From the NCBI GenBank assembly GCA_965603825.1, contig CBFDEM010000004.1:1-64000 (forward strand): a DNA stretch of 64,000 nucleotides, written 5' to 3'. Positions 1 to 12,938 of this stretch are shown piece after piece (within the stretch, counting starts at the first letter, position 1; every line of letters begins with the position of its first letter). The DNA comes from Blepharisma stoltei ATCC 30299 (lineage: Eukaryota > Protista > Ciliophora). The notes under the pieces are model-generated. The model was given only the letters and a program-made list of their open reading frames with translations, searched no databases and was not told the origin of the DNA. A program made the translations under genes and the position numbers.

Positions 1-1643
1 AACACCCTAACACCCTAACACCCTAACACCCTAACACCCTAACACCCTAACACCCTAACACCCTAACACCCTAACACCCTAACACCCTAACACCCTAACA
101 CCCTAACACCCTAACACCCTAACACCCTAACACCCTAACACCCTAACACCCTAACACCCTAACACCCTAACACCCAACACCCTAACACCCTAACACCCTA
201 ACACCCTAACACCCTAACACCCTAACACCCTAACACCCTAACACCCTAACACCCTAACACCCTAACACCCTAACACCCTAACACCCTAACACCCTAACAC
301 CCTAACACCCTAACACCCTAACACCCTAACACCCTAACACCCTAACACCCTAACACCCTAACACCCTAACACCCTAACACCCTAACACCCTAACACCCTA
401 ACACCCTAACACCCTAACACCCTAACACCCTAACACCCTAACACCCTAACACCCTAACACCCTAACACCCTAACACCCTAACACCCTAACACCCTAACAC
501 CCTAACACCCTAACACCCTAACACCCTAACACCCTAACACCCTAACACCCTAACACCCTAACACCCTAACACCCTAACACCCTAACACCCTAACACCCTA
601 ACACCCTAACACCCTAACACCCTAACACCCTAACACCCTAACACCCTAACACCCTAACACCCTAACACCCTAACACCCTAACACCCTAACACCCTAACAC
701 CCTAACACCCTAACACCCTAACACCCTAACACCCTAACACCCTAACACCCTAACACCCTAACACCCTAACACCCTAACACCCTAACACCCTAACACCCTA
801 ACACCCTAACACCCTAACACCCTAACACCCTAACACCCTAACACCCTAACACCCTAACACCCTAACACCCTAACACCCTAACACCCTAACACCCTAACAC
901 CCTAACACCCTAACACCCTAACACCCTAACACCCTAACACCCTAACACCCTAACACCCTAACACCCTAACACCCTAACACCCTAACACCCTAACACCCTA
1001 ACACCCTAACACCCTAACACCCTAACACCCTAACACCCTAACACCCTAACACCCTAACACCCTAACACCCTAACACCCTAACACCCTAACACCCTAACAC
1101 CCTAACACCCTAACACCCTAACACCCTAACACCCTAACACCCTAACACCCTAACACCCTAACACCCTAACACCCTAACACCCTAACACCCTAACACCCTA
1201 ACACCCTAACACCCTAACACCCTAACACCCTAACACCCTAACACCCTAACACCCTAACACCCTAACACCCTAACACCCTAACACCCTAACACCCTAACAC
1301 CCTAACACCCTAACACCCTAACACCCTAACACCCTAACACCCTAACACCCTAACACCCTAACACCCTAACACCCTAACACCCTAACACCCTAACACCCTA
1401 ACACCCTAACACCCTAACACCCTAACACCCTAACACCCTAACACCCTAACACCCTAACACCCTAACACCCTAACACCCTAACACCCTAACACCCTAACAC
1501 CCTAACACCCTAACACCCTAACACCCTAACACCCTAACACCCTAACACCCTAACACCCTAACACCCTAACACCCTAACACCCTAACACCCTAACACCCTA
1601 ACACCCTAACACCCTAACACCCTAACACCCTAACACCCTAACA
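1..1643 (+). repeat. Telomere, (CCCTAACA)n, about 205 units
   Basis: Near-perfect 8-nt tandem repeat from base 1 to ...CCCTAACA|GAAGCTG at 1643; one variant unit CCCAACA at 173-179. CCCTAACA is the heterotrich (Stentor/Blepharisma) telomere repeat. Confidence 0.98.
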
Positions 1644-2455
1644 GAAGCTGAAATGAAGAATTAGCTATTTTTATTTTAGAGTAAATTAAATAAAAATATT
1701 AGAATTGCATAAAGGGAGAAATGATTATTCGTTTAGCTAACAACAACAACAATTTGTTTTAGTCAATAATTTTAAATTGGATATTTATTTAAATAAATAG
1801 AGATAATCAATCAACTATTTTTGATGATTGTGCTTTTCCCTCACATTATTTATAGATGTATCAGAAAAAGGCTTGTACTTGCTATTTATTAATTATGTAT
1901 TTTCTTACTATCTCACACCCTTTTGAAGATGACCATGCTGCAGAATTGTCTGAATTCGTTATCATAATCGAGTGGGATAGCTTGAATATTTGGACTACTT
2001 CGAGGTTAGGCAAGATTATTTGTTTATGTTTTTAAGTGTAGTAGCGAAGAGGGTCTATTAAAATTAATTAAGATTATTTGAAAAGCTCCTGTGATTCCCC
2101 GAAGGTAATTTTCTCCGCTCTTCTCCACCAGCTACCTGCTGCCATCTTCAGGCTTGGCGTTATGTAATGAGAAAAGTGGTAACTTTGTCATACCCTAAAC
2201 TTGACATAAATTTTCTGGTGTTAAAACCTAGCTGATATAAGAGCTGATAGACTTCATGGACACTTTCCCTGCGCAACATTAGTCTTCTAATTCAGGACAT
2301 GCCTAAGCAAATTTATAAATGATACCAAAATTTTATTTATATTATGCTTTTTAGGAGTAAGTTAGCTAAATTCTAAACCTATAGTGAGAATAGATTAACT
2401 GCGCTACCATTTTGTTTAAGAGTATAGAGAGTTATTAAAGTTCTAAATTTTTATT

Positions 2456-3668
2456 TTAGCGAACAGCACTTGATTGATTATAACTGTTAGGAATGCTATT
2501 AGTCCCTATTTGAGTCCAACTAAAAACATTGTTTTCAGCACTTTCAAAAGTCCTTCCCCCTTTCTCAAATAAATAAACTCTTTTATTCCCTCTCAGCATA
2601 AATTTATAATAATAATTGCCATTTAACAGCAAATTGGGGACTTCTTGGTAGTTGTTTTGAGTTATGCTATAAATTATAATTTTTTGAATACCATAGCTCG
2701 TTATAAGAATCAAATCTCTATATAAAGCATTGCAACCAATTCTAAAATCCAAACCTTGAGGTAGTGGAGCCATGCTTTCCCACACGTTTCGTTTAAAATC
2801 ATACCTTTCAGCCAAGTTTTTATTTCCTCCAATTAAATAGATGAAGTTATTATAAAAGATAGGATCAGCATGATAATTTACTTTTGAATTTTGGAGGTAT
2901 TTAACATTTTTATTTTTGTCAATAGTAAACACTAAGCCTGAACTAGTGCTATAATTGCAACAATAGAAATAAGTATAATCAGGAAGTATACAGCTTGTAG
3001 TGTATCCGATAATTGGTTCTTGAGTTGGAAGAGTTGCAGTAGAAGAAATCTGGAAGGTATCTAAGTTTATAGTTGCAAAATTTGAAGTGCATATGCCTAA
3101 AAAATGAGAGTTCATTTCATTCAATGATATCTTCTATAGGTTGCATAAAAGGATTAAAAGGTATTCCATAAGTTTTACTAATTGCTGCATTGATATCTTT
3201 ATAGTCTAGGTAACACTCTTTTATATCTCATCCACTCATCTTCCACTGAACATCTGAAGCATTTAATTTAAGCACACTTTCCATATCATCATCTTTAGCA
3301 ATGTCAAGAACCTCTTCTCCACTATATAAAATTGTAAGCATCTTATTGATTCTTGCTTCTACTTCATTAATCTGATCAATATATCTTCCAAGCGTAGTTT
3401 TAAAATTCTTGATAATTGTATTTGCGTTGATAAGTGCGTCAATTTTGTAGTTTTTGATATCTTCTTTGAGTGCTATTAGTTTATCAATAATTGGCTGCTT
3501 AATTTCTTCTGCTGGCTTAAAGTATAGTCTTAGGCATCGATGTCCTTTAGAAGTTGTTTTTCTAAGTGCTCAAAGCCATGGTCTTTGCAAAATAAGACAA
3601 TGCCTTCGCATTCACATTTCCCATAAAGCTGGTTTGTACAACCATCTTTGAAGCATCTTCCACGACAT
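2456..3668 (-). pseudogene. Zn-finger/coiled-coil/kelch-like repeat protein, frameshifted
   Basis: ATG at 3668, then a coiled-coil region (one TGA=W), then kelch-like motifs (IYLIGGNKNLAERYDFKRNVWESMAPLP). The span is 1213 nt, not a multiple of 3, with a frameshift near 3100. The Cys/His motif CFKDGC..CEC..FCKDH..H is out of frame with the ATG, and the 3' end is degenerate. Confidence 0.65.
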
Positions 3669-4294
3669 AATTATAGAATCATAATAAGCTATTATTTCTT
3701 TTCTTAGTTAAAGTTTATTTCCCCAGGTAAAAATTATAATCCTAACAGTTCTATTATATTTTATGTTCTTAGTGCTTATTTTAATTTGTTTTATAGTTCT
3801 AAACTGGTTTATTTCTCGTGAATGGATTTTAATTTGGTGCAGAAATTGCCACAGAAAACCATAAAAATAATGTGGTAGCGCACATGTGCACTAATTGATT
3901 GTACCTCAAATAAGATTTTTTATGAATTAGTTGATACAAGTTTGCTTGATAGTTAGTATCTATGATAATTTTTCAGAAGTGAAATTTTAATAGCACTGCA
4001 AAATTTCATTATTTGTCTACATTAAGCTTAAAAAATCATAAGCATTATAAGAGACAATTGGTATATATATCTCTCCTTTATTGTATCAACATGAAACTTG
4101 AGATGATTATCTATATAGTAGCTATAAATATTTGGATTGTAATTCTGGCAAATGAAGTTTATTGCAATGAACTTTAAAGTAAACATTTTGATTTCTATAT
4201 ATACTAGTTCAAGTATAAATAGATTAGAAAAATAAGTGATTTATATTTTTAAGACTCCCTTTGATTAAGGCATAAATAATCTTCTTATTGCAAA

Positions 4295-4993
4295 ATGGAC
4301 AGTAATGAAAATGAAGTGCAGTATAGCTATAAAGTTGTTTTGATTGGGGATTCAGGTGTTGGAAAGACTTCGCTACTTACCCGATTTACAAAAAACCAAT
4401 TTTCCTTTGAAATTCGCTCGACAATTGGCTTTCAAAATGCTTTTCACGCTGTAGAAATTGAAGGAAAAATAGTAAAAGCAGAAATTTGAGATACAACTGG
4501 ACAGGAAAGAATAAGGCCTGCTATGAATCCATTTTACAGAGGAGCAGTAGGAGCATTGCTAGTTTTTGATATAACAAATGCAGAAAGCTTTGCTGGATTG
4601 AATAACTGATTAAATGAATTGTCAAACTTCGCAACAAATATCTCTTGCATACTATTGATAGGAAATAAAACAGATTTGGAAAGTGATAGAAAGGTTAGCC
4701 AAACCAAAGCTATTCAGTTTGCGCAGAAATTCAATAATATGATGTATATAGAAACTTCAGCGAATACAGCGGAAAATGTAAATAAAGCATTTGAGACGCT
4801 TTTAGGGAATATTCTCAGCAGCACAATAAAAGCGAAGAAAGTAAGTGGAGGAGAGCAATTAAATTTAAATGGGCCAGCAAAAAGAATTGAATTTGAGGAT
4901 ATGGTTGAAAATGCCAGGCATAGGAAGAAAAGGAAGAGACATCAGCAAGATAATCCTCAATGTGCCTGCGCCCTTGCATGCAGTGTATTTTAA
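4295..4993 (+). CDS. Rab family small GTPase (divergent, Rab11-like), 232 aa
   Basis: GDSGVGKT, IW(TGA 4487)DTTGQE, FYRGAVGALLVFDIT, W(TGA 4607), GNKTDL, ETSA. Two ORF-track pieces join in frame when TGA=Trp. Confidence 0.93.
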
Positions 4994-5225
4994 AGTAAAT
5001 TGTCACAAAGCAATTGAGATTTCAGAAATAGATTAATATTTAATTATTTATATAGTGACGGGTAAATTTCTTTTTCAAATGATACAATTGTAATTAGGTT
5101 AAATATGCGTTTTTGTGCTTAATTGGCTCTAGATATTGATCCCGTAACCATAACCTCAAGTGGAATTTCTTGAAGGTATTAATTGCTAAAAATTAGTAAT
5201 CTTTTAGTTTCTTTCTTTAATAAAA

Positions 5226-6251
5226 ATGATTTATCTGCTGCTCTTCCTGAACTTCTTTGTATCTGCAACAGACAACTGGGCAATCATTTTGAACTCCTCT
5301 AAATTTTATTTCAATTACCGTCACACAGTAAATGCGCTGCTAATTTATCAGATGATAAAGCGATATGGAATCCAAGATGATCATATCATTTTCATGCTTC
5401 CTGAAAATGTTGCTTGCCATCCAAGAAACTCTTACCCTGGACGCATGTATGATGGAAAACATCAGGAAGATATTTATGCAGGAAATATAGAAGTTGACTA
5501 CAGAGGGCAAGACCTGACGCCTGAGTCCATTGTGAGGGTTTTGACTGGAAGACATGACCCATCAACTCCTATTAGCAAAAGGCTGAGGTCAGGCCCAAAT
5601 AGCAAAGTATTTTTCTTTATGAACGGGCACGGAGGGGACAGCTTCTTAAAAATTCAAGATACAATGGTTTTGAGAAATGTGGATTTAGGGGAGGCCATCA
5701 AAGAAATGAATGCTAAAGAAAGGTTTGGAGAACTGCTGATCATTTTGGACACTTGCCAAGCCTTCAGTATGTTTAACTATGTGGATTTGCCCAATGTTTA
5801 CACTATGGCAAGCAGCTTAACTGGGCAGATGGCAAAATCATATGGATCAAATGAAGAGCTCGGGATTTCGATGACTGATCATTTTAGCTACTTTTTTAGT
5901 GATATTTTCAGAGGAAAGTCTTATGACAGCATTAAGAAGATGAATTTGAAGCACATTATAGACAGCCTACCTTCTAATCTGATCATGTCAGATATTGGCT
6001 ATAAAGCCAAAGTTTCAGCTGATAAAATAAAAATTGCAGGCTATATTGGAGAAGAGCTAGACAGGACTTATATTCCTGAACTCTCATATACTATAGAAGA
6101 AAAAAATGAATTTAAATGGAACTTTGGCTCTAGAAAAGCAGAAGAAAAGTCATCATTTTACACAGTCTCAAGGTTTAATTCATCCGTCTTTGCTGCCACT
6201 ACAGTTTTAATAGTATTTCAAGCAATCATTTTCCTAATAAACTATCTTTAA
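5226..6251 (+). CDS. GPI8: GPI-anchor transamidase catalytic subunit (peptidase C13), 341 aa
   Basis: Signal peptide, NWAII..SKFYFNYRH, EVDYRG, catalytic GHGG and DTCQA motifs, C-terminal TM helix. Confidence 0.93.
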   Translation: MIYLLLFLNFFVSATDNWAIILNSSKFYFNYRHTVNALLIYQMIKRYGIQDDHIIFMLPENVACHPRNSYPGRMYDGKHQEDIYAGNIEVDYRGQDLTPESIVRVLTGRHDPSTPISKRLRSGPNSKVFFFMNGHGGDSFLKIQDTMVLRNVDLGEAIKEMNAKERFGELLIILDTCQAFSMFNYVDLPNVYTMASSLTGQMAKSYGSNEELGISMTDHFSYFFSDIFRGKSYDSIKKMNLKHIIDSLPSNLIMSDIGYKAKVSADKIKIAGYIGEELDRTYIPELSYTIEEKNEFKWNFGSRKAEEKSSFYTVSRFNSSVFAATTVLIVFQAIIFLINYL

Positions 6252-6331
6252 AGAGTGAGTCTTGACTAACTAAATAATATGGATTGGATTAATCGAAGCT
6301 AATTGACATGTTAATAACAAAAAAAATATAT

Positions 6332-7966
6332 TTATAGTCTCCAGGTATTTTTGAAGCTGAGGCCTTTTTTCATCAAGGTTTCTTTGAGCTGCTCTGAAGA
6401 ATTTCCATCTCATTCAAACCCAACTTGTGATTGAGAGGCTGAGAGCGAAACAAAGGGGGAAGCTGATCTAGTCGCGTAAAGCCTTCTCTTCCTCAGCTCT
6501 TCAGAAGTTCTTTCGTTGTTGATTCTCCCTAGAATCGAATTAATCACAATGCTTTCAACTGCTTCTGGAACTTTCTTTATTTCCTCTTCAGGCTGGTATC
6601 TTTCTGTAATTGACTGGGCTCTGTATGTGGGCCTAGCTGTTTCTTGATGTCTTCTCTCTGTTCTTGAAATGTCTAATGGAGGGACTATATCCTTTACGCT
6701 TGCAGATCTTGAAATACCACTGGCAATCCCGCTCCTGTTTCTAAAGCTTAAAGAAAAGCTGGGGATTTTTGGTGCCTTTTGTGAGTTTTCCTCATCTGAA
6801 TTTTCAACTGAGATCTAGATAAACTTTACGATTTCTGGCGTTTGAGAATTTTGTGAGGAAGGTTCCGTTTTTTCTTGCTCTTTGTTATTTAAATTTTGAA
6901 TGATGAACTCCAAATCCTCATTCTTTTTCTCTGATAAATATTTCTTTAGACTTGCTATTTCATCTTGCAAACTGTCCATTGAGAGTTTGTTATGATGACT
7001 GAGATTGATGATTTCATTTTTGAGAATTTTCATTTCTTTGTCATATTTGTTTTTTAGCACAGACTCTATCTCCTTGATTCCCCCTCTACTATTGTTTATT
7101 CTGTTGCTTAGCTTTTTTTGGGCTTCTTCAATTTTTTTGATACTTTCTGTGAATAATGGTTCAGTTATATAGCCCTGCTCTTTGCAATTTTCTTCTTTAT
7201 TCTTTTCAATTTCATCAATCGTTTTTTCAATCCTGATGAAGTTTTCTCTGTTAAAGTTTTCCAATTTTTCAAAATCATTCAATTTGTTTTCAATTATGCA
7301 AAGTCTTACTTGGTCGGCTTCTTTGAGCTGCTTTAGGTTCTATATGAAAAATACATTGATTTTTATATCAGCCTCTTCTATTCTAAAAGAAAGGGTTTGC
7401 ATGCACTCTTTTGAGTATTTACATGATCTTTCATAATTTGATAGCTTTTGCTCATAAATTTCGTTTTTTTTAGTGAGGATATCAATTTTTCTCAGTAAAT
7501 CCATTTCTAGGCTTTCGAGAGCTTTTCATAGTTTTGCAGGGTCACTTGTGATTATTCTGCGTTTTGATGGTGGAGTGTTTCTTTTGTCAACTTCTTCAAT
7601 CATTTTATAATCAAAGTCAGTTGAGCTTAGACTTGAACGAGGATGAGTATCTAGTGAATTTTTTATTGTGAATTGAGGCGTTTCAGCTGGATTGGATAGC
7701 AGGTTTGGATTGTTGCTAGCAAGACCTAGGATATTTGGGTTCGGGGCAAATGGGAGTGCTGATAGTGCAGCTGATGGTTGAGTTCTATCATCAAAAGCAT
7801 TTTTAAAATCATCTGTAAAGTCACTTTCGGTGCTCAAGTGGGTAGCTAGGCTTCTTCTTCTACTTTCAGAAAATTGATTAGTTCACACACAGATTTCTGT
7901 GTCATTTTTTGCATCTTCTTTATTTTCTTTTGAAATTACCAAATTTTGAATATTGCGAGAAATCAT
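6332..7966 (-). CDS. Uncharacterised coiled-coil/low-complexity protein, ~534 aa, two 15-nt introns (7340-7354, 6815-6829)
   Basis: Continuous frame from ATG 7966 to TAA 6332 with TGA=Trp after removing GTATTTTTCATATAG and GTAAAGTTTATCTAG. Confidence 0.8.
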
Positions 7967-8183
7967 TTTTAGTTATTCAAATTAAAATTAAATGTTTTTA
8001 ATCTAATATTAAAGCAAATATTTAAAACCAGAGCCATTAGATCTTTAAGGCATTTAATATCAAATTAAATTACAATCCAAAAATGAATGCTCAAATTGCT
8101 CTTAATGATGTGTTAATAGACTTTCATTTACTAAATTACAATTTAATTTCCCCTTATCCTCCATATTGTAAAAATAATTTAGA

Positions 8184-8883
8184 ATGGATCCCCAGTCAAA
8201 GCAAGATATGCCAAAAAAGAAAAGTCTAGCGAAGGAAGATTCCAAAAAATGTTTAGATTTAATAAAGCACTTGGAAAAACAAAATGACGCTTTCCTGTTT
8301 CTAAAGCCTGTTGACTATAAAGCCTCCGGCCTCGACGACTACCCTTTGATTATAAAGCGCCCTATGGACCTTTCAACGGTAAAAAAGAAGATAAAGTCAG
8401 AGAAATATAGCTCCATCAAGGAAGTACTCGCCGATGTCAACCTTATATGGGAAAACTGCAAAACATATAACCAAGCTGGATCTGTAATTCCCTACTTAGC
8501 CAATTTATTTGCAAGCTGAACACATGGAAAGTAAAACTAAAAAATACTCAGAAAAGCATGGATTAATCAGTAATAGACCGCAGAAAAGACCAAGAGAAGA
8601 AACCCCAGCTCCTCAGCCAGAAGTCTCTACCTCTCCAGAAATTATAAGCTTTGAGGCAAAAGTTGATTTGGCTGAAAAAGTTAGGAAATCTCCTAATGAT
8701 ATCTTGGCTGAAGTTGTACGAATTGTAGAGAACCAATGTAGAAAAGCACTTGAAGAGCTTGATTCAGAAAGGGTTCAAATAAAAGTGGATAACTTAGATA
8801 AACCGACTTTTGAGAGACTATGGGGATTAGTTAACTCACAAAGAGACGATGATGGAAAGACAGTCAAGAAAGCGAAGCATTAA
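8184..8883 (+). CDS. Bromodomain + extra-terminal (ET/NET) domain protein, 227 aa, 16-nt intron 8484-8499
   Basis: FLKPVD, DYPLIIKRPMDLSTV, LIWENCKTYN bromodomain; ISFEAKVDLAEKV...IKVDNLDKPTFERL ET domain. Removing GTAATTCCCTACTTAG joins the two frames. Confidence 0.92.
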
Positions 8884-8978
8884 TTTAATATATTTGAAAA
8901 TGTGTGATAAATTAGAAATTTTATTAATTAATTTATATGGAATGTTAAGTAGAAATTAAATAAGTCTTTATCGTTAGA

Positions 8979-11900
8979 ATGAAAACATTTACAAATGGCG
9001 AAAGTGCAGCATGAAAAGGCAACCAAATCAATTGGCACAATGAAACTTTAACTGAAGACCGATTTTACAAAAACGAGAGAGAAAACTTTGGATATTTTTA
9101 CAATTATCATGATAGTCCTATGATGGAAACGCTTTACACTCGGCTAAGCCAAGGATTAAGATATACCTCCCTAGGCCCAATTTTAGTGGAAAATGAATAC
9201 AATGCAGAAGGAGATGAAAATTTCTATAAGATTGATGAAAAAAGCCCTCATTTATTTAACATTAGCAGAAGAGCTTATAACTCCCTAATTAGCACACAAG
9301 CGAGCCAAGGCATTTTGAATCTTGGGAAATGTTCAAATAATTACACAAATCTTGATAGACAGCTCGACCACTTGCTGTATCTTTCCAGCAAGCAAGAATC
9401 CAGTAAAATTTTAAAGCAAAACTCCTTATTTATCCAAGCAGTCAAAAACTCCATAAAGCTTATCAATTTATTTGGTACAAGTATCTATCAAAACGTTGAT
9501 GTAACTTATACAGGAATTGCTGTACAAGTATTTTTCGACATAAAGCATCGGCTCGTTGGCTCTTCTATAAGAGCGAAACTCCTTGACCCAACTTTCCTAT
9601 CAACTAACAGTGATAAAAATTACCCAATTTTCAACAATATTTTTTCTCTCTTAAAAAGCCTCCCCTCAAACCCTATGCTCAACCCTGACCAAAAGTATAA
9701 ACTTATATCAAAGGAGCTTCAAAACAGTGAAAATATCCTGGAAATCATGAACTCGCTTAAAATCAAGCAGCAAGACATACAAAAAATAAAAGACTCTTTA
9801 GCAATGATAGTGCTATTGTTTGAAATCACATTTACTTGTGGCAAATTTACTCTTGCAGGGCAAAATAATAGAGAAAAATGGGTCCCAAAAGCAAATGAAA
9901 ATTTAAGCAGGCTCTGCAGGGCCTTCAATGTGAGTCAAGAAGTGTTTGTTAATTTTTTTGGGAACGCTGGATCAAAGCGAGAAGCTGAAATAATGGTATT
10001 AGATCTTGCAAGGCTGATATATAGGGCGACATTTGACTGATTAGTAACAAAAATTGACGAAATGCTTGACAAGCTATCAGGAAGTGTCATTCAAACCAGA
10101 AAAAGCTTAAGTTTATCGAAGGATGAAAATGAGGAAACATACAGAGGAACATATTCAATTTCTCTAGTAAATTTTCCAAATTTCGACTATCGAGATTCTT
10201 TGGGTGGGCTGTATATTAATTGGGCCTTAGAAAGCTTAAAGCTCTTTTCATGTCGATCTTACTTTGAGCTTATTCAAGCAGTGAAAAGACAGGAAACTGA
10301 CATAACTTATTTATCTGTCCCTCATTGCCAAAACCTTATAGATACTTTATTTAAGCCAGACCAATTTGTGAGTAATTTGAGCTCAGACAATTTTCAAAGA
10401 TATTGAAAAGAGTTTATAGGAAACTATCAAAATAAATCTATTTTTAATGACTTCATATCTACTGATTCTTTATTATCCTGCAGAATAAAATTTTCATATG
10501 GAGAAATAGCATATAATGTTTCCAACCTCCTCAATGAGTCACAGAATTTTTTGCCGACATCAACATATTACCCTCTAATAAGCAAGCCGACCAATAAAAT
10601 TCTTTCAAGAATGCTTCCAAAAATCTGCAGTGACTCAGATGTCGCTCACACGTCACTTTATGACACCCATAAAAAATCTCTGTCTTACCTGCTAAATCAT
10701 TTGGATTTTAATTGTTTTTTGGTCTACGATATAACTAATTCTAAAGCAAAGTATGAATTTTGTGAAGAGCTAAACAAAGGAATACTATTGCCTATTGCTA
10801 ATTGGTACTATTATGGGTTCCCATTTTGGATCCCTATAGTAAAACTACGAAAAATAATGACAAAGCAAAATGAGTCTTTATTCCAAGATGTCATTGAATG
10901 AGTCAGGTATAAATTAAAAATAAAAGATTTCCGCTGCAATGATGAACTGGTCATGCTCAAGCAAGAAGACTTTAAGCATTTAACAATCTCAAACAATTAT
11001 TTTTCTCAGATTTCTAAAAAATACGAAAATCAGATTTCGAACTCAAATTCATATTTTATCATTCTTGGCCACATACGAAGCCAAGAATACAATTTTGAAG
11101 CAAAAGCTCTAGAAAAGTCCTACTCACAGATTGACATTTCTTTTGACAAGTCCTATATTTCTAATGAAGTTCATAAATGGCCTAAAAATATTCGTGCAAA
11201 CTACAAGCCATTAAGGAGAACAAACTCCTTAATTTTGGCATCAAATAAGACTTATAATTTTTTCAAAAGAATTTTATCGCATTTTGAGTTATTTGACTAC
11301 ACAGACACTCTTCCCATTATCATAAAAATTCAGTCATATTATAGAGGATATCTCTCCAGAAAATACTTCAGAAATTTGAGACATTTATTTATTAATGCAA
11401 GATTTATACAAAAAATATGAAGAGGTCACAAATCGAGGAAAACTTATAAACCTATTGGTATCTGCGTTGCAGCCATTAGAAAGATTCAGACATTTTATAG
11501 GAACAGATTCCAAAAATTAACTAAGGCTGCAGAAAGAATACAAAAATGGTACATTTCGATTATAAGAAATCGATATAAATCATCAGTCACTTCTATAGCA
11601 ACTGTTGAAATCACTCCATTTCAAGAGCCGGCAAGTCCTTATTTAATGCTTCATACAGCTCACCGCTACTATGTAAGACAAATGAATTCTGCAGGCAAAA
11701 GTCCTCAAAAAAAGTATACATTTTCTCCAGTGATTTCGAAAAAAACAAGAGAATTTGCTGAGAAATATCATAATAGGCACGGTAGCTTGAAATTTGACAT
11801 CCTTGACAAGTTTAAGATGTACGAAACCATAAAATCGCAAAAAATTGAAGAGGAAAGAAAAAAAGCCTCAGAAAGCACAGCTACACTCATTTCATATAAA

Positions 11901-12269
11901 AAATCATCAGAAAGCAGTGGAAATTACAATGATTTTTATAGAAGAATGAAAGAAAAACAAGACCAATACCAATCAAATAGAGATTTACTAATCCACCAGA
12001 AAATAATTAAGGAAAAAGACACCCTGACTTTTTCTCCAAATATAAAAAAATCAAGATCGACAAGTTTTCTAAAATTCAGTGAAAGATTAAACTACACCCC
12101 TTCGAAGGAAAGAAAGGAATCTGATGAGACTTCTTTTATATCTGAAAAGCCGAATTTACTTTCGGACAAGTCTCGAGAAATTGCTGAAAATCGACAAAGA
12201 AAACTGCGCAAAGCTTCTCAGCTGCAAAACGAGATCTTCAAATCATTTCAGCCGCTATGGCCTCACTAA
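8979..12269 (+). CDS. Highly divergent myosin-head-like protein with IQ motifs, 1096 aa
   Basis: One frame with TGA=Trp. Ordered myosin landmarks: YTSLGPILV, PHLFNISRRAY, NYPIF, DLARLIYRATFDWLVTKID, SLGGLYINWALESL, FSYGEIAYN, YGFP. IQ motifs IQSYYRGYLSRK, IQKIWRGHKSRK, IQTFYR, IQKWY. Confidence 0.8.
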
Positions 12270-12304
12270 TTTTTAATTTCCTAATAATTTACCCTCTTAT
12301 AAAA

Positions 12305-12730
12305 ATGCTTTGGCGACCAAGAGTGGCTCTCAGATTTATGTCAACCTCAATGATGCAAGCGAGTGCCTTCCCTCATAACGAAGACATGACCAAACTTTCT
12401 CCTATGGTTTATGACAAGGAAGGGACAATTGTTCCACGAAACTACTTAGTGCTTAGGAAAGAAGAAGAGATCGAAAAGTACGTCCTCAATCTGCTTCAAA
12501 ACTACTTCCGCACCTGCAATAAAGCTGCTCTGTCTATTAATAGTTATCTCCCTGATCACGGTCTAGATAGCTTGGATGCGGTCGAACTTGTAGTGAGAAT
12601 GGAGGATGAACTTGGCTATATCATTCCTGCTGAGGCACTTCCAGCTTTCAAAAACGTCAGAGCGTTTGTGAATTACATCAAACAAACTGAGGACTTCAAG
12701 GCTGAGTTTAACAAGAACCCAATAAACTAA
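12305..12730 (+). CDS. Mitochondrial acyl carrier protein, 141 aa
   Basis: GLDSLDAVE phosphopantetheine motif. The Arg-rich presequence MLWRPRVALRF favours ATG 12305 over 12257, which overlaps the previous gene. Confidence 0.9.
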   Translation: MLWRPRVALRFMSTSMMQASAFPHNEDMTKLSPMVYDKEGTIVPRNYLVLRKEEEIEKYVLNLLQNYFRTCNKAALSINSYLPDHGLDSLDAVELVVRMEDELGYIIPAEALPAFKNVRAFVNYIKQTEDFKAEFNKNPIN

Positions 12731-12938
12731 GCTAAATCTACAAGGTTAGTATGATATAAATTGCTATCTAAATTGAAATTTCATTGTGGCTCCACTTAAG
12801 TTGCCTCTTTTAGATATAATGAGAGAATTATTTAATTGAAGGCTTTCTTAAGAGAAATTATTCATTTAATGCTTTTAAAAATAATTATAAAAATATGATA
12901 TTAATTTTGAATAGCATAATTATTACAGGCCAAATTCT

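Noticed and set aside
1-1643. CRISPR-like or coding repeat
   Set aside because: Spacer-less 8-mer at the contig end; it is a telomere.
3519-3531. AAGACTATACTTT on the minus strand, matching the start of U3 snoRNA
   Set aside because: Lies within coding sequence, and the downstream U3 boxes are absent.
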